Positions 56,771 to 64,000 of a stretch of DNA of 64,000 nt are shown in pieces. The notes under the pieces were generated by a model. The model made no database searches, was not told the DNA's origin, and saw nothing but the letters and a program-made list of their open reading frames with translations. The stretch covers positions 1,344,001 to 1,408,000 of the forward strand of contig CAVXGK010000001.1 of the NCBI GenBank assembly GCA_963761305.1, given 5' to 3'. The position numbers and the translations under genes are program-made. This DNA is from an uncultured Gemmatimonadaceae bacterium. Its GTDB lineage: Bacteria; Gemmatimonadota; Gemmatimonadetes; Gemmatimonadales; Gemmatimonadaceae. The stretch's first letter is position 1. The number at the start of each line of letters is the position of its first letter.

Positions 56771-58390
56771 TCAGTTGGACGAAAACAGGATGCGTCCGCC
56801 TACGACGGTCATCACCACGCGCGCGTCACCAATCGTCTCCGGCGCGACGCGCGTGATGTCGCGATCCAACATTACAAAGTCGGCAAGCGTCCCGCTCGCC
56901 AGCCGGCCCTTGTCCTTTTCGTCGAACGAAGCGAACGCGGCGTCAACGGTGTAGGCACGCAGCGCCTCCTCGACCGTGATCCGCTGTTCCGGGTGCCACC
57001 CGTCGGGCGAGGCCCCATCGAGCGTGCGCCGTGTCACGGCTGCGTAAATCCCCTCGAGCGGCGTCGGCGGGGCGACGAACCAGTCGCTGCCGAACGCCAG
57101 CCGGGCCCGGGCGTCGAGCAGCGATCGAAACGCGTACGTCCACTGCGCCCGCTCGGCGCCGATCACGCGCTCGGCCCATCGTCCGTCGTCGATCGTGTGA
57201 TAGGGCTGCATGCTCGCGATCACGCCGAGCGCGCCGAAACGCGGAACGTCCTCGGGCGTGAGGTGCTGCGCGTGCTCGATGCGGAACCGTCGATCCCGCG
57301 GTCCGTTCTCGCGCGCGACGCGCTCGAAGATGTCGAGCTGCGTGCGGATCGCGCGATCGCCGATCGCGTGCACGATCATATGAAGTCCGGCTTTGTCCGC
57401 CCCGGCGGTCCACCGGTACAGATCTTCAGGCGTATTGACGAAGAGGCCCGTGTCGTTCGGCGCGTCGGTGAACGGTTCGAGCATCGCGGCGGTGTGCGAT
57501 CCGAGTGATCCGTCGACGAATCCTTTGAGGGCGCCGATTTTCAGCCACGCGTCGCCGCGACTCTGTCCGCGCGAGGCCACCGTGTCGCGCAATCGTTCCC
57601 AGGTCGAGATCGGCACCGCCGCGTAGATGCGCGTCGCGAGCCGGCCCGCCGCGTGCGCGCGCTCGAACACGGCGAGATCGGCCCACGTCCCCATGTGATG
57701 CACAGACGTCACGCCGCGCTCGGCGACGTACCGCATCGCCGCGTCGAGCGCGCGATCTTCTCGTTCGGTCGACGCGTGCGGAATCGCGCGCGCGACGAGC
57801 GACTCGGCGTTGTCCTTGAAGATGCCGGTCGGATCGCCGTGCTCGTCGCGCACGATCGTGCCGCCGTCGACATCTGGAGTCGCACGCGTGACGCCCGCTG
57901 CCGCCAGCGCCGCGCCGTTCGCGAGCGACATGTGTCCGTCGAGGCGGCGAACCCACACGGGATGACTCGGCGTCGCGGCGTCGATCCAATCGCGGCGAGG
58001 CAGCTCGCCGCCCCACAGCTCGTGATTCCAGTCGCCGTGCGTGATCCACGTCCCCTGCGGAACCGTTGCCGCATACGCGGCGACGCGATCGACGAAGTCG
58101 CGCGGCGACTTCGCGTCGCGCAGTTGGACGGACGAGAGCCCGAATCCGCCCTCGAGAAAATGGATGTGCGAATCGACGAATCCCGGCACGATCATCATGC
58201 CGTGCGCGTCGATGATCCGGGTGTCGGCCGACGCGAGCTTTCGCATTTCGGCGCTGGATCCGATCGCGACGATGCGGTCGGCGGCGACCGCGAGGCCGTC
58301 CGCCCATGGCCGTCGCGGGTCGGCGGTCCAGGTGCGGGCGTTCACGACGGCGAGTGTCGTGGGAGCGGTGTCGGGGGGCGTGGAACGCAT
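56771..58390 (-). CDS. Amidohydrolase family 3 (YtcJ-like)
   Basis: PGFVDSHIH, DGSLGSHTA, HAIGDRA, RIEHAQ, FGSDW, G.LADFVML. Confidence 0.92.
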   Translation of the reverse strand: MRSTPPDTAPTTLAVVNARTWTADPRRPWADGLAVAADRIVAIGSSAEMRKLASADTRIIDAHGMMIVPGFVDSHIHFLEGGFGLSSVQLRDAKSPRDFVDRVAAYAATVPQGTWITHGDWNHELWGGELPRRDWIDAATPSHPVWVRRLDGHMSLANGAALAAAGVTRATPDVDGGTIVRDEHGDPTGIFKDNAESLVARAIPHASTEREDRALDAAMRYVAERGVTSVHHMGTWADLAVFERAHAAGRLATRIYAAVPISTWERLRDTVASRGQSRGDAWLKIGALKGFVDGSLGSHTAAMLEPFTDAPNDTGLFVNTPEDLYRWTAGADKAGLHMIVHAIGDRAIRTQLDIFERVARENGPRDRRFRIEHAQHLTPEDVPRFGALGVIASMQPYHTIDDGRWAERVIGAERAQWTYAFRSLLDARARLAFGSDWFVAPPTPLEGIYAAVTRRTLDGASPDGWHPEQRITVEEALRAYTVDAAFASFDEKDKGRLASGTLADFVMLDRDITRVAPETIGDARVVMTVVGGRILFSSN

Positions 58391-58698
58391 CGCCTGTTCT
58401 TATCGGGACCAGACGAATTGCGCAACGCGCGCCCGGGAACCTGTTCGGTTCGCCCCATGTTGGTAGCGTTGCGGGCGCGTCGGACGCGGCTCGTCACGAG
58501 ACTCTCGCGAACAGCGGCGCGCATCGCCAGCATGAACGTGGAAAATCGTGCACCGTCATCCGGGACGTGATCCACCGTACAGTAGCTTGACACGTTGGGC
58601 GTGACGAGAAGCCCGGCTGCGGTTGTTAGTGGTATGTGGTGAGTGATGGTTCTCGGTTTCCAGCCGTTTCGCCCCTTCCCTCCCCGCCGTTCCATTCG

Positions 58699-60552
58699 AT
58701 GTTTCGCCGCCTCAGTTCCGCGCTCCTTCTGTTCTCCGCCTGGCTCGCCTTCTACATGGTCCAGGCGGCGATGGGGATCGCGCTCGCGCCGAACAGCGGC
58801 TTCGGCCGCGTTGGGTGGATCGAGATCGACGCAAGTGTCGCGCTGCTGTGGACGGCCCTCAGTGTGGTCATCGCGGCGTGGCACCTGCGCGCGCGTCGCA
58901 TGGCGCCGAATCTCTGGATGCTCGTGGCGCTCCACCTGCCGCTGTTTCTCGCAGCAGCCTGGCTCGATGCCGCGCTGGCGCGCTGGCTGATTCCATTGCT
59001 CAATCCGGCCGCGCAGTTGAATCCGATGTGGAGTCTGATCTCCTCGTACGCCGAGTTCGACGTCGTCAGCTACGCGGCGATCGTCGCCGTCGTCGAAACG
59101 CTGCTGGTGCGCCGCGCGCTCGCCGAACGACAGCGACACGCCATGCGACTCGAGCATTCTCTCACACGCGCGCGTCTCGACTACCTCGAGGCGCAGCTGC
59201 AACCGCACTTTCTCTTCAACTCGCTGGGGGCGGTTTCCGAACTGGCGTACGACGCGCCGGCGACCGCGTCGCTCGTACTCCAGCAACTCTCGGCCGTCTT
59301 TCGCACGGCGCTCGCGCAGCGCGTCGACGAAGTCACACTCGGCGACGAGCTCGTCGCGCTCGAACCGTATCTCGACATTCAGCGCGTACGATTCGCCGAC
59401 TGGCTCACCATCGAGTATCAGATCGACGACGCCGCGGTCGACTGTCTCGTGCCGCGCTTCATCCTGCAGCCGCTGGTCGAAAACGCGATTCGTCACGGCC
59501 TCGCCGGGCGCAGCGCCGCGGGGACGATTCGCATTCATGCGTCCGTCGACAACGACGATCTCGTGCTCCGCGTCTCCGACGACGGCGTCGGGCTCACCCG
59601 CGCGGCGCGGCCCGGCCGCGGCATCGGCCTCACCAACGTCCGCGAGCGGCTTTCCATCCTGTACGGCGACAATCGTCTTCGCCTGCACGACGGCCCAGCC
59701 GGAGTGACCGCCGAAGTGCGCGTGCCACGCGAACGGCGCGACGGGCGCCACACCGCAACCGAAATCGCCGATGCATCCGAACCGCGGTCTGACGCCGAGC
59801 CGGGCGCATTCGTGTCGATGCGCCTGCCGTCGTTCCTCTCGAGCCCGGCCGCGCGACTCGCGCTCGTGTGGACCGCCTGCGCGGGAGTGTGGATGCAGCA
59901 GAGCTACGTCTATCTGCTCGTCCGCCACCGGCTCGACGGCGCGAGCTGGCCGCCGCTCGCTCGGTTTGACGCGACGAACGCGTTCCTCTGGGCGCTGCTC
60001 ACGCCGCTCGTCTTGCGAACGATGAAGCGATTCCCGGTGCGTGGAGCCCGCGCCTGGCTGCACGCGCTCGGCCTCGTCGGCACGTGCGCGGCCGTCACCA
60101 TCGCGCACACCGAACTGCTGCGCGTGCTGACCGGACGGACCTCGCCGCTCTGGTCGTCGGCGTTCCTCTCCAATTTGATCGTGGACATCTGGATCTTCGC
60201 CGTGCTCGTCGTCGTCGCGCACCGCGCGATGCTCGCCGAGTGGCTGCGTCAGCGCGAAGCGGACACGTCGGCGCTCGAGACCGAGGTGGCGATCGCCCGG
60301 GATCGATCGGCCGAGTTGCGTCGCATTCCACCCATGCTCCTTCAGTCGCTCGACGGAATCGCCGCGACGGTGCGGCGCGATCCCGGCGCCACCGAGCGGC
60401 AACTTACCAGACTCGCCGATTACCTGCGCGTCGCCCTGGAGTGCGCCGACCCGTTGGGCGTCACGACCGAACGCCGACGCCGACTCGACGGCGCCGCAGC
60501 GGCGTTGCGCGAAAGCGGCGCCTTCGCTCCCGACCTCACGCGGACCGCCTGA
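58699..60552 (+). CDS. LytS-type sensor histidine kinase with duplicated C-terminal TM module and degenerate His-kinase domain
   Basis: QLQPHFLFNSL, LQPLVENAIRHG, DDGVG, GIGLTNVRERL; then further TM helices and a His-less repeat. Confidence 0.88.
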   Translation: MFRRLSSALLLFSAWLAFYMVQAAMGIALAPNSGFGRVGWIEIDASVALLWTALSVVIAAWHLRARRMAPNLWMLVALHLPLFLAAAWLDAALARWLIPLLNPAAQLNPMWSLISSYAEFDVVSYAAIVAVVETLLVRRALAERQRHAMRLEHSLTRARLDYLEAQLQPHFLFNSLGAVSELAYDAPATASLVLQQLSAVFRTALAQRVDEVTLGDELVALEPYLDIQRVRFADWLTIEYQIDDAAVDCLVPRFILQPLVENAIRHGLAGRSAAGTIRIHASVDNDDLVLRVSDDGVGLTRAARPGRGIGLTNVRERLSILYGDNRLRLHDGPAGVTAEVRVPRERRDGRHTATEIADASEPRSDAEPGAFVSMRLPSFLSSPAARLALVWTACAGVWMQQSYVYLLVRHRLDGASWPPLARFDATNAFLWALLTPLVLRTMKRFPVRGARAWLHALGLVGTCAAVTIAHTELLRVLTGRTSPLWSSAFLSNLIVDIWIFAVLVVVAHRAMLAEWLRQREADTSALETEVAIARDRSAELRRIPPMLLQSLDGIAATVRRDPGATERQLTRLADYLRVALECADPLGVTTERRRRLDGAAAALRESGAFAPDLTRTA

Positions 60553-60553
60553 C

Positions 60554-61363
60554 ATGTTCACTGCCATCGTAGCCGACGACGAAACGGTCGCCCGCCGCCG
60601 CGTCGTACGCCTCGCCGAAGAGACGGGAGAAGTCGAAGTCGTCGCGGCGTGCGCCGGCGGCCGCGAAACCGTCCAACAGGTCACCGCGCTCCAACCACAG
60701 TTGCTCTTCCTCGACGTGCAGATGCCGGATCTCGACGCGTTCGGCGTGCTCGAGGCCATCGCCGGCCGCGCGTCGCCGGCGATCGTCTTCGTCACCGCGT
60801 TCGACCGCTACGCGCTGCGCGCGTTCGAGGTGCAGGCGGTGGACTATCTGCTCAAACCGTTCGACACCGAGCGGTTTCGCGAGGCCTTCGCGCGCGCCAA
60901 GTCACGCGTCGCGTCGCGCCAGCCGAAGCGGGACGAAGAACGCCTGCGCGCGTTGATCGCCGAGTACCTGTCGACGCTGCAGACGAGCGCACCGAGCCAC
61001 CTCGATCGCGTGGCGATCAAGGTGGACGGCAGCCTGCGCGTCGTGCGCACGGCCGATGTCGACTACTGGGAGACGGACGGCAACTACGTGCGCCTCCACG
61101 TCGGCCCGACCGACCATCTGCTGCGGTCCACGTCGACGGCGATGGAAGCGCAGCTCGACCCCGGGCTGTTCATTCGGATTCATCGGCGCTACATCGTGAA
61201 CGTGGATCGTATCGTCGAGGTGCAGCCGTGGTTCGCCGGTGACGCGATCGCGGTGCTGCGCGGCGGCGTCAAGCTGCGCGTGTCGCGCACCTATCGCGAA
61301 CGCCTTCACACGCGGCTCGGGGCGCGTCCGGATCCCGCGGCCGAAGCCGAAGCGACCGCTTGA
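60554..61363 (+). CDS. LytTR family response regulator
   Basis: ADDE, FLDVQMP, FVTAFD, DYLLKP; FIRIHRRYIVN, VSRTY. Confidence 0.94.
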   Translation: MFTAIVADDETVARRRVVRLAEETGEVEVVAACAGGRETVQQVTALQPQLLFLDVQMPDLDAFGVLEAIAGRASPAIVFVTAFDRYALRAFEVQAVDYLLKPFDTERFREAFARAKSRVASRQPKRDEERLRALIAEYLSTLQTSAPSHLDRVAIKVDGSLRVVRTADVDYWETDGNYVRLHVGPTDHLLRSTSTAMEAQLDPGLFIRIHRRYIVNVDRIVEVQPWFAGDAIAVLRGGVKLRVSRTYRERLHTRLGARPDPAAEAEATA

Positions 61364-61424
61364 GGCGATTCTAGAAGCCTGAAGCGCTGCGGAGCCCGTG
61401 GGCCAGTGGTAGCTTTCGCGCCAC

Positions 61425-62357
61425 ATGGTCCCGGCGAACATCTGGTTCTGGGGCGGGTTCATCGCGTTCGTGCTGGCGATGCTCGCGCTCGACCTCGGCG
61501 TCTTTCATCGACGGCCGCACGTGGTCGGGATGAAAGAAGCGGGCATCTGGACCGCGATCTGGGTCGCGCTCGCGCTGACCTTTGCGGCCGGACTGTACTT
61601 CGTCGTCAGTCGCCACGCCGCGCTCACGTTTCTCGCCGGATACGTGATCGAAGAGGCGCTGAGCGCCGACAACATCTTCGTGATGGTGCTGATCTTCGAG
61701 TACTTCCGAGTTCCGAAGAGCTCGCAGCACCGCGTCTTGTTCTACGGCATCCTCGGCGCGCTGGTGATGCGCGGCGCGTTCATCGCGGCCGGGTCCGCGC
61801 TGATCACGAGGTTCCACTGGATTCTGTACATCTTCGGCGGCTTGCTCGTGGTGACGGGCGTCCGCATGGCGATGCGCCGCGGCGACGAATTCGACGGCGA
61901 GAACAGCCGGATCGTGCGCACCGTGCGTCGCGTGCTGCCGCTCACGCCTCGCTACCACGACGCGAGCTTCACGGTGACCGAAGCGGGGCGCCGCCTGGCG
62001 ACGCCGCTCCTCCTCGTGCTCATCCTCGTCGAGCTGACGGACCTCGTCTTCGCGGTCGACTCGATTCCGGCGATCTTCGGCGTGACGAGGGATCCGTTCA
62101 TCGTCTACACGTCGAACATCTTCGCGGTGATGGGGCTGCGGTCGCTCTACTTCCTGCTCGCCGCCGTCGTCGACCGCTTCCACCTGCTGAAATACGGCCT
62201 GGCCGTCATCCTCTCGTTCGTGGGATTCAAGATGTTGGCCGAAGGCTGGGTGGAGATCGACATCGCGCTGTCGCTCGGGATCATCGTTTCCGTGCTCGCC
62301 ATCTCGGTCATCGCGTCGCTCGTCTGGACTCCGGACCGGCCGCGCGCGCCGCGCTGA
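61425..62357 (+). CDS. TerC/Alx family membrane protein
   Basis: EEALSADNIFV, QHRVLFYGILGALVMR, DLVFAVDSIPA, SNIFAVMGLRSLY. Confidence 0.93.
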   Translation: MVPANIWFWGGFIAFVLAMLALDLGVFHRRPHVVGMKEAGIWTAIWVALALTFAAGLYFVVSRHAALTFLAGYVIEEALSADNIFVMVLIFEYFRVPKSSQHRVLFYGILGALVMRGAFIAAGSALITRFHWILYIFGGLLVVTGVRMAMRRGDEFDGENSRIVRTVRRVLPLTPRYHDASFTVTEAGRRLATPLLLVLILVELTDLVFAVDSIPAIFGVTRDPFIVYTSNIFAVMGLRSLYFLLAAVVDRFHLLKYGLAVILSFVGFKMLAEGWVEIDIALSLGIIVSVLAISVIASLVWTPDRPRAPR

Positions 62358-62366
62358 CCGCGCTGG

Positions 62367-62696
62367 TCAGCCGCCGGAACGTCGCTCGATCGCGTCGCGC
62401 ACGTCGAGCAGAATCTCGAAGTACAGCTGTTCGCGGCGATAGCTGAAGTCGAGCGCCGCCATCTGCGAGTCGTCGCCGCCGGACTTGGCTCGATCGAACG
62501 CCTCTTTGTACATCTCGTCGAGGTTGGCGAGAATGCGTTCGCGGGTACGTGACATACCGATCTTCTCGAGGGCTTGAAGAGTCAAACGGGGAGGTGAGTC
62601 GTCGGCCCGCTGCTTCGGATCGCCTTCGATCTGCTCGAGCAAGTACCGGCGTGCCCGATCCATGAGCATGCGCCGAGTGCTGGGAAGGTTGTCCAT
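62367..62696 (-). CDS. Hypothetical protein (alternative start ATG 62555)
   Basis: 109-aa helical ORF filling the gap between terC and the ferredoxin. Confidence 0.55.
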   Translation of the reverse strand: MDNLPSTRRMLMDRARRYLLEQIEGDPKQRADDSPPRLTLQALEKIGMSRTRERILANLDEMYKEAFDRAKSGGDDSQMAALDFSYRREQLYFEILLDVRDAIERRSGG

Positions 62697-62768
62697 TGAG
62701 GCGGGGACTGAATCCTGGGCCGCGAGCGAGGCAAGCTAGTGTCGCGGTCCCGGCGCTGCAACGCCGCC

Positions 62769-63107
62769 TCAAGGCGAGAGACGGTGGAACACGGCATCCT
62801 CGACCACGCGACCGTCGCGCAGATGCTCGACCACGATGCGCTCGAGCAGTTGCGGCGTCACGCCGGCGTACCAGACGCCTTCCGGATAGACGACGACGAT
62901 TGGGCCGCCGGTGCACACACCCAGACAGGGCGTCTCTCCTCGCTTGACCCGATTTGGACCGAATAGCAGTCCCTCGCGTTGGAGGAGCGCCGGCAATAGC
63001 TCGTAGAGGCCCCGGCCCCGCGCATCCGGATTACAGAATCCGCCCACGCAGATGAGCACGTGTCGCGAATACGGGTCCATCCTCGGAAGCGACGCCTTCG
63101 TGGCCAT
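62769..63107 (-). CDS. Thioredoxin-like [2Fe-2S] ferredoxin
   Basis: HVLICVGGFC...CLGVCTGGPIVVVYPEGVWY...IVVEHL..G. Confidence 0.9.
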   Translation of the reverse strand: MATKASLPRMDPYSRHVLICVGGFCNPDARGRGLYELLPALLQREGLLFGPNRVKRGETPCLGVCTGGPIVVVYPEGVWYAGVTPQLLERIVVEHLRDGRVVEDAVFHRLSP

Positions 63108-63144
63108 GTCACTGAAGGTACAGCGCAGTAAGTTTCCGGCCCGG

Positions 63145-63930
63145 ATGCCCGACTCCACCCGCATCGCCGACCTTTCAGTCCTCTACTCACGGCCGCCGCA
63201 TGCGCACCGGCGGGCCGTGTTGTTCATCCACGGCTATTTCGCCAACGCGTCGGTGTTCTCGGAGTGGGTCCCGTTTTTCGCCGCCCGCGGGATGCCGGCA
63301 TACGCCGTCAACCTCCGCGGCCGCGACGACAGCCGGCCGGACGTCGACCTTGGCCGCACGTCGATCACGGACTTCGTCGCCGACGCCGCCGCGGTGGCCC
63401 GGCACCTCGACAAGCCGATCGTCGTCGGGCACTCGATGGGTGGGCTCATCGCGCAGTGCCTGGCCGAGCGCGGACTCGCCCAGGGGATCGCCCTGCTGGC
63501 GCCCGTGCCGCCGAAAGGCATCCGCTTCATGACGCTCAAGATGATGCTGAAGCAGTTGAAGTACCTGCCGGCGATCTACGGATCCGGCGTCGTCGCTCCC
63601 ACGCTCGACGATCTCAAGGAAATCGTGCTGAACCACGTCCCCGAAACGCAGTGGGAAGAAGTCCTCGCGATGCTCGCGCCGGATAGCGGACGGGCCGCGA
63701 AGGAGATGTCGATCAACGGCGTTCCGGTGGACCACCGGCGAGTGCGGGTGCCGGCCCTCGTCGTCGCGGCCGACGACGACCGATTCATTCCAATCGACAG
63801 CTCTCGGCGGGTCGCCGCGTTGTATCACGCGTCGATGCACACGGTGCTCGGTCACGGCCACATGATGATCATCGAGCCCGGATGGCAGGCGATCGCCGAG
63901 ACGATCGCGCGCTGGTCCGCATCGCTCTGA
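63145..63930 (+). CDS. Alpha/beta-fold hydrolase
   Basis: FIHG, NLRGR, GHSMGG, DDRF, GHMM. Confidence 0.88.
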   Translation: MPDSTRIADLSVLYSRPPHAHRRAVLFIHGYFANASVFSEWVPFFAARGMPAYAVNLRGRDDSRPDVDLGRTSITDFVADAAAVARHLDKPIVVGHSMGGLIAQCLAERGLAQGIALLAPVPPKGIRFMTLKMMLKQLKYLPAIYGSGVVAPTLDDLKEIVLNHVPETQWEEVLAMLAPDSGRAAKEMSINGVPVDHRRVRVPALVVAADDDRFIPIDSSRRVAALYHASMHTVLGHGHMMIIEPGWQAIAETIARWSASL

Positions 63931-64000
63931 CGCCCGGGCGAGCGGCCGGACGCCCGGGGGATATGTTTCGCAAACGGCCACGCCTCCCGACGACGCTCCG

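Noticed and set aside
61364..61424. yybP-ykoY (Mn2+) riboswitch expected upstream of terC/alx
   Set aside because: Only about 60 bp of intergenic space and no recognisable aptamer

Overview
High-GC bacterial chromosomal window of about 57 CDS. It is probably Gemmatimonadota; this is inferred only from gene content (PadR plus ADOP permease, Gly/Arg-rich secreted peptidases, paired Hanks-type kinases), not from a marker gene. Most genes are housekeeping or metabolic: two gamma-glutamyltransferases, ispH, pfkA, rhlE, lon, a class A PBP, nadE, a fused E1 alpha/beta 2-oxoacid dehydrogenase, a KirBac K+ channel and TerC. I found no rRNA, tRNA, CRISPR array, transposase or prophage. Most notable: (1) a four-gene ECF sigma operon with two CBM48-like proteins, a candidate uncharacterised trans-envelope signalling system; (2) a SelW/Rdx-family selenoprotein missed by the ORF track (CxxU, in-frame TGA, SECIS-like hairpin); (3) a LytS-type kinase with a second membrane module and a His-less pseudo-DHp domain; (4) tandem kinase/2TM/helical-domain paralogues; (5) an HrpB-like helicase with apparently permuted motif order and no canonical start for its N-terminal extension; (6) a Tat-exported NAD(P)-binding enzyme coupled to an NTT-like transporter; (7) non-coding repeats (a duplicated 172-bp palindromic unit, a 165-bp inverted-repeat element, a 20 x 21-bp array); (8) a frameshifted MFS transporter. 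All calls come from motif recognition by eye; no database search was run.
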